Shown here in pieces: positions 20,473 to 32,414 of a stretch of DNA of 64,000 bases. The notes under the pieces are model-generated. The model was not told where the DNA came from, searched no databases, and saw nothing but the letters and a program-made list of their open reading frames with translations. The position numbers were made by a program, and so were the translations under genes. Position 1 is the first letter of the stretch, and every line of letters begins with the position of its first letter. Source of the DNA: a virus; IMG/VR virus record IMGVR_UViG_3300045125_000156; one strand, 5' to 3'.

Positions 20473-22983
20473 TTGAGGAGCAGCACAATGACGATGGAGT
20501 TCCCCCTTTCTCAGTCCCCGCGAACCCAGGGCTTTCAAATGCCACAAGCGCCCGAGGACGAGAAAGACCTATTTACCCAGGGCTTCTCCGACCTGGCGTA
20601 TCGTGCTTTTCAGAAGACGCAGCCAGAACTGGTTAGTAACATTCTGACCTTCCGCGTGCTCGACGTTGATGCCGAGGCGGGCCAAGGCATCGGCACGTTC
20701 ATCGTCCAAAACGAGCAAGACATCGTCTTCGTGCCTTGCGTAGTGTCGGAAAACTCGGTCAAACCTCTTGACCTGTTTTATTCACGAACCTTCGACAAAT
20801 TTTACCCCTTCACGACTGCTTGGCTGCGTGAATCGTCGAAGGCCAACATCAACCAGTTAGGCTCTGGTGTACGGGCGCCTAAGACGATGCCGACCGACGT
20901 CGACATTCGTAACCTCGTCGTGCCGCCTACAACCGGGCGCTATAGCTACGCGTCAACGATCGAAGAAGACGCATGGTTGCCTTTCACGGTAGCCGTGCGC
21001 AAAGAAAAGAATGCGGAGCTCGGCGCGGAGCCGCAGTTCTTAAACCTCCTCGACCGCAGTTCGGACGGCTTCAAAACAGCGTTCGCCCAGGTACTATACC
21101 GTCGCCCGAAACTAGCGAAGCTCTTCGCTGAGTTCTACGGCGCGGAGAAAGTCGCGGCCGTAATTTCGCGGCGTGAAAAAACCGCGCAGGCGCATCGAAA
21201 AGAAGTGCCGATGACAAAGAGCGTAGCGATCATGACCAACGCTACGCCCGTCACGCAGATCAAGCGCGAGCTGAAGCCGGGTGAAGCCGCACGTGCTTTC
21301 CAGCAGATCCGGCTTCATGGCTTTTACGTAAAAGACCCGCGCCCCGCCACGGACAGCCTGGTGTCTTTTGCCGAGACAGACTTACAGCTATCTCAGCCCA
21401 CCGTGCCCGGCGTCTACAACGTGTACACGGCGCGCGGTGAAATTGAGCGCTGCATCATTGTCCCCAAGCCGCTATCGATTCATCGCCGCCGCAGCGGCGA
21501 AGCCCGCTTTCCGACCGGGTACTACCACGACGACCGAAACCGTGAGAGCGGTCTGAAGCTTCGGCGCGGTTTCATGGTCCTGTTCCCGGACGGGCGCTAC
21601 GCCATGATGGACGACATGGTGGCCGAGCCCATCACCGACGTCAGCCACAAAGAGGTATCGGACTTCCTGGAGTCCTTTACGAAGGAGTCTCCGTCCAATC
21701 GTGAGCGCGGCGTCCTCATCTCGGCCGCCGACATGGACATTCGGGCATTCGAGCCCGTCGAAGCGGACGAGGTGCTCAACACGAAAGACAAGATCGTCTT
21801 TCGCGGAGCTTTCCACCACACAGTGTCAATCAGCAAAGTAATGACCGGCAACGGTGTTTACTACCCGCAAGATTCTGACACGATCGTTCTTGCCAATTCC
21901 TTCCGCTGGTTCCCGCGTGGGCGCCAACTCAGCAACTCTGAAATTCTGTCATCTCCTGGGTCCGTGTTTCGCCTGATTGAGGCGCGGCTTGTAAAGCAAG
22001 GGGCGCAGCGCGTTTCTGTAAAAAGGCAGGCCTGAACTTCATCGTAGATGGCGACGGCGTACCGCTAGCCCCGCTCAAAGCCGTGAAAAAATCGCCAACC
22101 ACTACAACCTCCGGGATCAAAGAAGCTTCCGAGATTGTAACCGTAGCGGGCGCTGGACTCCCCCTCTCGCTATGGCGCATAAAGACGGCGCAGGGCAGTC
22201 GCTGGATCCGAACGCGCCTCCGCCGCCAGACCCGAACATGGCGCCTCCGGGCCCGCCGCCTGGGCCGAGCGGGCTAGACCTTACGCGCAAGAAAAGCTAC
22301 AGCAAATTCAGTCGCAATTGCGGCGCTGCAGCAATGCAGCAAATCCTGACGGAAGTACAGCAACGCGCCCAAATGATCGGATCAAGGCGGCGGTGCGATG
22401 GCCGCCCCGGGGGCAGCGGCGTCGATGGCGGCGGGGCCTGGGATGATGGGCGGGCAGCCCGCGATGGCCCCCGCCGACATGGGCGGCGGGCCGCAAGGTC
22501 CGATGCCTCCGCAGGGTGGTCCGCAAGGTCCGATGCCTCCGCAGGGCGGGCCACAAGGTCCGATGCCTCCGCAGGGTGGTCCGGGAATGGAGGCACCTCC
22601 GCCGCCACCTCCTGTAATGCCGGAGGGCCCGACGTCTCCACAAAACCTGGAGCAGCAAATCAACCCCGCGTTCCTCCAGGACGCGGCGTCGCTTCAGGAC
22701 ATGGGCGTATTTGATGCCGCCGCCATCGCCTCTATGTCCAAGCAAAAGAACGTGGAAAGACCTCGTGCAGGTCTACACGCCGAGCCTTGAAAAGGCCATG
22801 GACAACCTTGGGCGCATGCTGCTGCTTTTCTACATGAAAGAAAACGAAATCAAGCAGCAAATTGGGGCGGAAAATTACGAAGAGACTGAGCAGAAAATTC
22901 GAGACGTATTCAAGGGAATCGGCGACGCCGTGGTCGCCCTGAACCAATACTCTGATCAGCTCATGACGCCTTCGATGCGATGA
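20473..22983 (+). CDS. Large putative virion protein with Pro/Gly/Met-rich linker, frameshifted
   Basis: ORFs 20473-22035, 22172-22714, 22398-22790 and 22711-22983 appear to be one gene; EKNAE, EKTAQ and EKVAA motifs. Confidence 0.6.
22490..22585 (+). repeat. 30-nt coding tandem repeat, about 3 copies (GPQGPMPPQG)
   Basis: ggtccgcaaggtccgatgcctccgcagggt-like unit repeated three times. Confidence 0.85.
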
Positions 22984-23080
22984 GTTCAACGCTTCATGCC
23001 CGCGCAACTCCCCGACTTTCGAGCTAAACGCCTAATCCGGGAAGCTCAAACCCAGGACGACACCGTCGCCACGGATAGTC

Positions 23081-23723
23081 TTGAGCGTGATGTTTTCACC
23101 TCGTGAAAACCGGGCGGAGCGGCGTCCGGACGAAGTCCAGATGGCGGCGGACCTGTACTTGGACAACGAGTACCGGCACGTCTTAAACGCCCTGTTGCTT
23201 GCGAACGCCAACGACGAGCAGGTCAGCGCCTCCCTCAATGTCCCTGAGTCTGTTCAGGCGTCTATCGCCATCTGTTTTTTGACTGTAAGACTTTCGCGCA
23301 CAACCTCGCACGAACCCGCTACGTCAAAGAGCTTGCCTGCGAGGAGCAACTCGAGTTCTTATATCAATTAGCCATTGAGCGCGGGCCCAGTGAACTGCTT
23401 GAGCGCTACCGGATTGGCCCTCGGCCAAAAACAGATCCAGAATTTGTACTGTCCGAGAGCCTCGCGGACATGTGGGGTAAGTTCCTCACGCATCGTGGAT
23501 ACAGCGTGACCTCCGACAACGCCCGAGAAGCTTTGAAATGGGGCGAGCGGCAATTTGCACCGCCAAGATTGTCATGGAGACAAACCGTGAGGAGCGGCGC
23601 GGCGTGAACGCTGTCGACGACCTGAGGATCGCCCTGGAAATAAAGAACGAAACAAAATCCATGACAGATCTCGGCATCCAGGCTGACGATCTGGTCGGGA
23701 GTAGCCTAGGATTAGGAGAGCCG
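23081..23723 (+). CDS. Hypothetical protein, frameshifted
   Basis: ORFs 23081-23371 and 23538-23846 have consistent coding character between structural genes. Confidence 0.45.
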
Positions 23724-23725
23724 CC

Positions 23726-24539
23726 ATGCCGCAATGGGACAGCAAAAAGTTTGAGGAGAGTGCGACCAAGATCGCCCGCGAGTTCAACTCCAACGGCGGG
23801 GACCTTCACGCGCTCACAGTCAAAACTGCCAAAGAACAGGGGCTGAACCAGGAGCAGATCCGGCGGCTAGGCCGCGCCGTAAACGTGAAAGCGTTTGAGC
23901 AGAAGTTTGCCAGTCTCAAGGGAGCCAAAGACCGCATCGTTGATTTTGACCCCGTAGACCCGGAGTCAGTAATCGGCACGCTCTTCAACGCTTCAGAAGC
24001 TTCAGAAAAGCCGCGCGGCTGCGATCTACCCGGAGCTGGCGGATCAGATGAAGGCCGAGCGCGGCTGGACGCCAGAGTACGAGAAAACGGCAAGTGTCGA
24101 CGTACTCGGAGAGCTCTTTGGCGCAGTACCCAAAGATCCACCAATTGAGTCGCAAATCAATCACTGGCGCAAAGTGGCAGAAGAGCTCCGCGTCAGCGCG
24201 GGCGCCGAGATGCAATGGGACGCCGCGATGGAGGAGCTCCTGGGGCACTCAAAGCGAATCTACTGGAAGCGCGACGACTTTGAGAAAGACGCCATGGCCC
24301 TCTTTGGGGGCGACGTCCTTGAAATCAACGCCCTTCGCACGTCGAGCAAACTAGAGCCGCTGCCAGCGACCTATGAGACTGCTGAAAAGCTCGCATCGCA
24401 CTTATTCGGCGAAGAGACTGAAGACACACGCCTTGTTAAGAGGGCTGCCGACGCTCGGCAGAACTATATGAAGGCTTCCAAAGCGCTAGAGATCGCCAAA
24501 ACGAAAGTAGCCGCGCTCGTCGCCCAGGTGGTGAAATGA
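23726..24539 (+). CDS. Putative core or scaffold protein, frameshifted
   Basis: GGAG SD; helical LTVKTAKEQGLNQEQIRRLGRAVN; YEKTAS, AEKLAS and VKRAA motifs. Confidence 0.6.
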
Positions 24540-25129
24540 ACCCCGAGATCGCCTTCTTAGCGGAAGAGATGGAGAAAGACGCCGGCGTAGTCCGGGAGGC
24601 GTTTGGCCGGGTTGGAGACGCAGTCGCTGGCGGTAGGAGCCTGCTGCGCGGGGCGCGGCAGGCACACAGCCAACATCAAGCTGGTAGAGCGTTTGAGCGC
24701 ATGTCTAAAAATGTCGCGCAGCACGCCCCCAACGACCCCATAGCCCAGCAAGCGCTTCAAGCCGCACAGCAACACCTTGGCCCGATGGCGCAGAGTCGCG
24801 GCCTTTTTCAGCGGGTGGGCGATGAGCTTCGCAATGGGAGGCAAGCCGCTCGGCGGGCCATCGCGGAAAACCAAATGCAACGCGACCTTCGCGAACTACA
24901 GCGCCACGCCCCGCAAGCACATAGCGCTTACGCTCAACCGTTCCAAGCGGCAGCGCCGCAAGCGCCTCAGGCGGCAGCCCCAGCGGCAGGCGGCAGCCGG
25001 CTATTGCCTATGCTCGCGGGTGGTGCTGCGCTAGGCACTCTGGGCTACGCCGGCTACCGGGGCTACAAGCGGCCCGCGAGCAGGACGCCCGCAGCCAGGA
25101 CCACCTGCGGAACGCCGAACATGACATGA
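24536..25129 (+). CDS. Putative internal virion protein (K-x-A leader, C-terminal glycine-zipper segment)
   Basis: MNPEIAFLAEEMEKDAG ... LAGGAALGTLGYAGYRGY. Confidence 0.65.
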   Translation: MNPEIAFLAEEMEKDAGVVREAFGRVGDAVAGGRSLLRGARQAHSQHQAGRAFERMSKNVAQHAPNDPIAQQALQAAQQHLGPMAQSRGLFQRVGDELRNGRQAARRAIAENQMQRDLRELQRHAPQAHSAYAQPFQAAAPQAPQAAAPAAGGSRLLPMLAGGAALGTLGYAGYRGYKRPASRTPAARTTCGTPNMT

Positions 25130-25575
25130 CGGCGGCACTTCCAAGTATGACCGTAACGGCCAGCTACAACAAACTGGCCCACGCGAAACTTGGGAGGGTT
25201 TGCAGGAAATGCTGCGCGAAGTTTTATAGGCGGCATGGGAACGCCTGTCGGAGAGCGTCTGATTGGCAAGCCTATCGATCTGATTGCCGGAGCGGCTAAG
25301 AGTAAACTTTACGATGAGCCTCGGCAGCGTAAAAACTTCGAAGCCGTAATCAAGGCTGATCCAATGCTCGCGCAGCACCACGGACAAAATCCGCAAATGA
25401 TGCGAGAGGCGTTTGAGACCATTCGTCGGTTCAGCCCTACGCTCGCTCAAGACCCGATGGCGACTCGGAGCCTACTCAAGCACGTTGCAATGTCTTCCGG
25501 CGAAATGGACGCTCGCCGCAATGAAGATGCTGGCTGAAACCGAAAAGATGCGCCAGGAAAGCATGCGGAGTCGGT
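25126..25575 (+). CDS. Putative virion protein
   Basis: NKLAHAKLGG then FETIRRFSPTLAQDPMATRSLL; start overlaps the upstream stop. Confidence 0.55.
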
Positions 25576-25578
25576 GAC

Positions 25579-26875
25579 ATGAAGATCTCTAATGAACTTC
25601 GCGCCACGCTGCGCTACGAAGGCTACGCGAAGCTCGCCTCTCAGGTCATGCGCGATCAGGGCGAGTACGTGGGCGACATCTCAGGTTTGGACACGGCGAT
25701 GAAATCCATGTGCCGTAAAAATTGCGGTTAACCGCCTCCAAATCAAGACACAGTCCTAGAAGGCACTGGCGTCTTGCCGCTACTGCAAGGGCGATAACAT
25801 GAGCCTATACGCCGCCTTTCACGCCGTGAAAAACGGCTCGGTGGACGACAAGGTCGCCTTCTGGCAGCTCTGCAGAACGGCAGCGAGCAGCCCGCGCGGG
25901 CGGCCTCTATGCTCGGAAAGCTGGACAAAGGTCGCCTACGACATCTGGGCGGAAAGCTACGAGCGCGGAGCTTCGCCGAACGGCCGACCGCATGACGCGA
26001 GAGGCGTTTGCCGGGTCGTTTGGCTCGGCCGCCGTAGTCGAAGGCACGCTTACAAAGATGGCCAGGGCCGGCAGCAGTGACGAGCACGAGCTCGCCAAAA
26101 TGCACCGTTGGGTTGCTGAAAGCGCCGTGCAAGACCTGACGCACATGACGAAAAACGCCAACGTCATGGCCACACTGAAAAAGCCCGGGTGATGGGGGCC
26201 GTCATTGGCGCGCTGCCCGTTTCGGAGCCGGCGTCGGGGCGATGCAGAACAAAGACGCCCCGGGAAAAGGCGCCTTGGTCGGCGCAGTGCCGGGGAGCCA
26301 TCGCGGGCTGGGCGATAGGCCGGAGCCACATGCCCGTCGCCGATCCAGTGGCGACAGCGATGTCGAGGCGCATTTTTAGGCAACGTTGGCAGGGCGCTAT
26401 ACGATGCGCCTACTATGAAGGCTAAATCGGACGCTCTCCGAAAAAATCTTCGGGAAGAAAAAGCCGACATATTGCCCGAGTCTTGGCGAAGGCGCGCGAG
26501 CCGCCCTTGAGCGCCGACCGAGCCGGGCGAAGCCGTCGCCGAGGCCCCAGGGCCAGACCCGGAATTAGAGGGTTTGGGTCGTGCGAACAAGGTCGTGGAC
26601 AACATGATCTTCCTGGCCAACCAGGCCAGTTTGCCGCAGCTGGCGCAGCAATGGGCCAGATGCGGGATCAACTGGCGTCGCACTTTGCGGAAGGCCACGC
26701 CTACTTGCCCGCAACCGAGCTCCAGCACCACTTTGCACAGAGCGAGCATGCCCGGCGCTTTTATGAAAAAGTACAAAAAGCAGCGCTTTGGCTCGCCGAC
26801 GACGCTGGTTCCAAGAAGGCTGCCCAACCTCGACTGGTTTTCTTGGCGCGCTCCGCGCATGCGGCTTCAGCTCCA
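25579..26875 (+). CDS. Cluster of 2-3 small K-x-A-bearing proteins; boundaries uncertain because of indels
   Basis: MKISNELR..YAKLAS; MSLYAAFHAVK..DDKVAF..MTKNAN; VQKAAL..SKKAA. Confidence 0.45.
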
Positions 26876-26877
26876 CC

Positions 26878-29320
26878 ATGCGCAAGATCTTTGAGCTCGA
26901 AGACCGGTTTGCGACGGGCGAGCCGACGATTCGACTCGTCATGCTGCCTGACGCAGGCGTGGCGAAGCGCGACACTTTCGAGAAGCGTGCTGATTCTGCG
27001 GCCGACTCCCGGCCTATGAGTACCTGAAGACGGTTGCACCCAAAGATGGTCACTCCATCGTTCTCGTAAACGCCCTTGGAGCCTACGAGGCGTACGATGA
27101 CAACCGAAATGGGGATGCCTTCCTCGACCGCCCGGTGAAGGCTGGCGAAGCCGTTCGCTGCGGCCACAAGTCCTGCCAAGCTGGGGCTTGGGTCGCCGCC
27201 GACGAAGTACTGTCCAAGCACTGACAAGACCTTCGAGAAATTTGGCGGGATCTATAAGCACCACGTCAACAAGGACCCTCAAAATCCTTAGGCAAAGTGC
27301 TCAAAGCCGTCTGGAATCCCAAGATGCAGCGCGTCGAGCTGCTACTTGAGATCGTCAACGACCGCGACCAAGACCTGGCCAAAAAAATTGCGGATGGCGA
27401 GTATCCGGCCGTGTCGATGGGCTGTTTAAGCGCGGGCACCCCAATCACCCTGGCTGACGGGCGGCGCATCGCCGTCGAGAACATCGAAGTTGGGCACCGG
27501 GTCCGAACGCACCTTGGAAACAATCACCGCGTGTTCGAGCTGCACCGCCGAACGTACTCGCTAGCGTAATACACACCATCAAGCCGGAGGCCGCTCCCGC
27601 CCTGGTGGTGACGCACGAACACCCTTTCACGTCGTGAAAAAATAGACGTGAAAAAGCGAGACGCCAAAGGCGCCTGCGTGGAACTCCGAGGTTGCTCCGC
27701 AAGGCGTTTGGAAGCTAGCTGAAGAGCTTGACCCTGAAGAACACTACCTGCTTCAGCCCATCAATCGTGAAGTCGCGACGCCCTGTATGCAACCTGGGCC
27801 TCGCGCGCCTCCTCGGGTACTACTTGGCCGAAGGAAACGTACTGCGCGACAAAAGTGAAAAGCTGTGCGGGGTGGAATTTACGTGCCACGAAAAGATGAA
27901 CTCCTCCTCGAACTGCCCGACCTTTGTAAGGATCTGGGGCTCTCGGAGCCGTACATAATCACCTGAAACAGCGCGGTGGCCCGAAGCGCGCGCGTGTTTG
28001 ACGCCGACCTCGCCGAGAAATTAGCCTTACCTGCAGGCTGCGGAGCCAAAGCAAAGCTCCTTGATGCGTCGGTCATGGCGTGGGCGCCGACGTATCAGCG
28101 CGTTATTTGGGGCGTACGCCAACGGCGACGGGTGCGGGAACAAAGACGGAAGTCTGCAGGTGTCTACGGCATCTGCCGACCTTGCGGCACAGTGGCTCGA
28201 CCTTTTGCCCTGTCTCGACATCCTGGCGTCACACCAGGTCTTAAGCCACAAGCCGAACGCTTTGGTAAAATCGCGACGACGGAGCACGTCGTATTTATCG
28301 GCGCTCAGTGGGGCAACAAGGGCTACGCGACGTATGCGCGAAGGTAAAGCCCCACGAGTTAAAGACCCGAAAAGAGTCCCGCAAGATCTTCGAGACTACG
28401 TCGTAACGCCCATTCGCAGCATAGAGCGCGCGTCGGGAATTATGCCGGTGTATAACTTTGAGGTCGAAGAAGATAACAGCTACGTCGCAGGGGGCGTCGC
28501 CGTTCACAACTGCCACGTCAAATGGGATGTTTGCTCCATCTGCGGCCATCGAGGCCCCACACGCAAGGACTACTGGTGAGCACGCGCGAAACAAGATGCG
28601 GCAGGTTCTCTCTAACGGAGAGAAGGTCTGCGTCCACAACCCAAGCCCCGCTTCTTTGACATCAGCTTCGTTTTCGCCCGGCAGACCCGACGGGGTTCAT
28701 GCTCAAAAAAGTAGCCTCGGCCTACGAGCTCTGGTCAGGGCCGAGCGCGAAGATGGGCGAGGTTGCTGACGAATACGAGCAGAAAATTGCCGACGCTCGA
28801 AAGCTGGGGGACATCCGCAAACGCCTGCTGGGCAAGTCGCTACGGCAAGGCAAGACGACGTAGACAAGTATCGTCCTGTCGCAAAAGCGAACGCTAAAAG
28901 TCGCTGGCCCGCCGAAGACAAAGACATTGCGAGCTGGCCCGCTACCCGCTATCGCAAGTACTGGCAACGTTCTCCGCAAAGAACGCGGCGCTATCGACAA
29001 GCGACGTCGCACGGCTTTTTTGAAGAAAGCCGGCGTGTCCAGCCCAGATTGGCTACTGGACCGCGTCGTCGCCATGCAACCGATTCTGGAGGCCGGACTT
29101 GCCAGGGCGCCGTCGATTGGCGAGAAAACCGCCGCGCTCCCTTGAAATGACGTCAAAGAGCGTAAACGCCTCCCTGTTCGACACGGTTGAGGCGTGGGTT
29201 GAAAAATACGCCGGGCTCTCTGATTTTGGCTCAGGCGATTTTTACGGCAGCACTTCAAACCTGCCGATTCCCGGCGCAGGATATTACGCGGCCGCTGCGC
29301 CCCTCGAACGGACGTTCTGA
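26878..29320 (+). CDS. Prohead (head maturation) serine protease with intein and C-terminal extension, frameshifted
   Basis: NRNGDAF, KHHVNKDPQ..LG (putative His), VSMG|CHVKWDVCSICG (putative Ser plus Cys cluster), FFDISFV; HK97/assemblin-like motif order; located upstream of the capsid genes. Confidence 0.7.
27423..28510 (+). mobile_element. Intein with LAGLIDADG homing endonuclease
   Basis: Begins CLSAGTPITLADG (block A); LARLLGYYLAEG and ALFGAYANGDG (blocks C and E); ends VYNFEVEEDNSYVAGGVAVHN followed by Cys+1. Confidence 0.92.
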
Positions 29321-29905
29321 CGATCACGGACCCTTATAGCGGCCACGTGTATCAGACACACGCGCGGCGCAGCGCAGGACGCCAGAAAATCCGAACTCAA
29401 ACACAAACTCTTCGGCACCGCGCTGCTCTCTACGCTTTACGGTGCGGGTCTCTACCACGGGGCTAAAGCCCTATTTCGGCCTAAGATCCCAACATTGGCG
29501 CTGGCGCCGATTACAGGGCTGGGGCAGGGACCTACGACAAGCTTCGAGAGTTGGGGGTTACTCGAAATCCGTACTACATTACGGATCAAGGAATTCGAGT
29601 GCCGGGCCGGTACAGAATTTGTGAAAGCAGGCGGCGTAAGCGGCCCTACATACCTGGATAAAGTCGCGTTCGACGTCCTTGAGCGCGTACCGTCGGCCCA
29701 GAACCCGCAACACGCCCTTCACTTAAGAATTGCCCGTCATGCCCCCGAGAGCGCAATCGCGTCCTTTCTCCTAGCTGATGGTACAGACGAAGAGAAGGCG
29801 GCTGCACTTTGCGAGGACTTAGAATACAACACTGACGGTGTGGCCCCCGCCCAAATCGACTTGACCGCGTTTGGGGACCGTGTAGGAACTCTCCTGTTGT
29901 CGTAA
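29320..29905 (+). CDS. Hypothetical protein, or the protease C-terminal part
   Basis: Hydrophobic LFGTALLSTLYGAG; FVKAGG and LDKVAF motifs. Confidence 0.45.
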
Positions 29906-29934
29906 AAGCACCCTAACCTAAGGCCGAGGATCAC

Positions 29935-30830
29935 ATGAAGCTCAAGAGTCTCATCGGGAACATTGAAGGCGGCTCGACCAAGACGGCGGCCGTTCAGACG
30001 CGCGGGTCGAACATTATGGCGGCCATTAACGACGCGCTGGAGCAGACCGAGAACGCCAAGACCGCCTCTGCGCACTCTGCGATTGAGGACCTTGAGAAAA
30101 TGGCGGCCGAGGTTGCGTCGTCGCATCGCGGCGGCGAGGTTGAGCACGCGGAGAAGATCGGCGCCGCGATGGCCGATTCCTTCGTGTGGCAGATCGCGGC
30201 CTACGAGGCGGCCTCTGAGAAGATCGCGATGGAGAAGGCGGCGGAGATGAACGTCACCGCCGATGAGCTCCAGCTCGTTCGTACCGCCCGCATGGACCCC
30301 CGTGGGTTCCTGGCGAAGGTAGCCGAGGAGGCGGAGTACCAGGATTACCAGAACGAGAAAGTGGCGGCGGAGATCTGGGAGAACACGACCCAGGAGACCG
30401 TGCGCGCCATCCACAAGACCGCGATGGATCACTACGCGGCCGGCTACGCCACCATGCTTGACGCCCTGCAGAAAGAGGCGGCCGTCAACCCGATGCTTAC
30501 AGGCGGAGCTCTTGGGGTCTTTATGGCGCCGGAACGGTGTGCGGCCTCGGCGGCCTCGGCGGGGGCTGTTCACGGCGCGCTAACTGCAGAAGAAGGCGAG
30601 CGGCTGCAAGCTGCGCTATCCAGCGGGAACGGGCGCGATGTATGGCGGCGGCGCAGGCGCTCTGGGCGCGGGCGGCGGCGCGTACGCAGGCCATCGAGTA
30701 AGCGAAGCAGCGGGGCTCGGGCCGGAATACGCCAATAAAGCTCTAATTGAGGCCGCCAAACACCCAGTCCATAATCTGAGGGCGGCTCTAAGCGGGGCCT
30801 TCGACGGCTATACCGGCGCTTCGGGCGGCT
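29935..30830 (+). CDS. Putative scaffold or core protein, densely K-x-A punctuated
   Basis: GAGG SD; Ala/Glu-rich helical sequence; nine K-x-A motifs; lies between the protease and the capsid gene. Confidence 0.65.
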
Positions 30831-31044
30831 GACCGCACACAAACAGTAATCTCAAATGCGTAACCGCGACGCCCAGCTAATGAGCCTCTTCCTCGAAGTG
30901 CGTAAAACAGCTTTCCAGAAGCTGGCTACGCCGCTCAACGAAGCCGTTCTATCGCCTTTTCAATCAGGCAGCGCAGGGCGTCAAAACCGCGTCTGAAGTT
31001 GCGTCGATTGATAAGGCCCTGTTCCTTCACACTTCGGTGCCCTG

Positions 31045-31830
31045 ATGCCGCGCTTTGTACCGTCCATCAACGAGACCGTAGAGCAGGTGCTGAGCGAAGT
31101 CAGCGGCGGGCTGCAGATAAAAACTGCAGCCCGTCGGCCGACTGCGCCTGCGGTCAATCTCCCGCCTCTCAAAAAGATCGCGGAGGCGCTGCGCCAGGAC
31201 AAAGATCCGGGAGCTGACTTACGACGTTCTTCACGTCGTGAAATTGGCCATGATGGCCGACGCCGTAGGCCCGCTTCCTGCCCCTGAGCTACTCCCGAAA
31301 CCGGGGACAGCTTCAGCAAAGGCCTGCGTAAACTTGCCAATGAGCTCCGCGTTCAAGACCACGAAGCCCATGAGCAGCTGCTCGCAAAGGCGCTCACGCG
31401 TTGAAAGCGAGCCGGGGTCTTATGCTTCTACGCGAACTGGTCAGGAGTGACATGAGCCTAGAGAAAGAGTCGCCTCGCTTCTGAAGCACTGGCGGACCAA
31501 CACGACGCAAATCCCACCGGCCCCGTGATTGCGGAGCCCGAAGAAAATGCCGTCGAAAAGTTTGCTGCGACTTACCGCAACATAACGGGTGAGACTTAGC
31601 GCCTGAACCCGTGACCGCCTCGAAGGCGACGACGTTCTGCGTGAGGCGATCTCGAAAGTCGCGAATCAAAATTCTCGTCGTCCTACTCCTTTGGGTGAAG
31701 CACGCCGACTCGGACAACTCCCGGATGAGTCGCGCGGCAAGACAAAAGAGGCCGCAGAGCGCGAGGCCTACGAAGTTTGCGCAGGGCATCCTCGCAATCG
31801 GTCAACGGTGATCCCTAGTATTACAGGCAG
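31045..31830 (+). CDS. Two small putative head proteins (about 31045-31450 and 31452-31830), frameshifted
   Basis: IKTAAR, VKLAMM and MSLEK(V)AS; start/stop overlap and SD-like AGGAG. Confidence 0.45.
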
Positions 31831-31842
31831 AGGTAGGAAGAA

Positions 31843-32380
31843 ATGAAGCTCTCGCAAAAGTTCAACCTGTCCGGTCGCGACCCGATCAACGGCGCGAAAG
31901 CCGGCATCTACGAGTCGTTCACACCTGTAGAGGTCGCTCAACGCTACTCGACCGGCGTCGGCCCGGGCGTGCCGGACGACAACGGCACCCCGACCCCCGG
32001 CACGATTGAGCCGGGCCACATCGTTTCGATGGCGGCGTCGGGCGCGATCCAGCTCGCCACCGTCCGCCGCTGCTTACACGCGGCGCTCCCGATCATCGAT
32101 GTTCGTCGTGTTTTCGGGCGACGACGACTTCTCGGGTCGCCGCGTCGGGCACGGTCAACGCCATCCACGGCGGGTGCCGTTTCGACACCGAGAAGTTCAA
32201 CACCGCCGTCGACCTACACCCCGGGCGCTCCGCTGTATCGCCTCGAACGCCACCCCGGGCATCCTCACGCCGAAGTCGCTCGGCGACAACCGCCAGATTG
32301 TTGGATTCGTCGGCCCCCGTGGCGTGCTGAACGGTGTCCTTGACGTGTTCATGCCGCAGACAACTGGCTCCGGCAACTGA
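31843..32380 (+). CDS. Capsid decoration or cement-like protein, frameshifted
   Basis: About 175 aa, beta-rich (IEPGHIV, FDTEKF..YTPGAPL, IVGFVG), immediately upstream of the capsid gene. Confidence 0.55.
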
Positions 32381-32414
32381 TTGACTCAAACAGGACACAG
32401 GAGTAAAACGAGTC

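Noticed and set aside
22490-22585. CRISPR or regulatory repeat
   Set aside because: It is a 30-nt in-frame coding repeat (GPQGPMPPQG).
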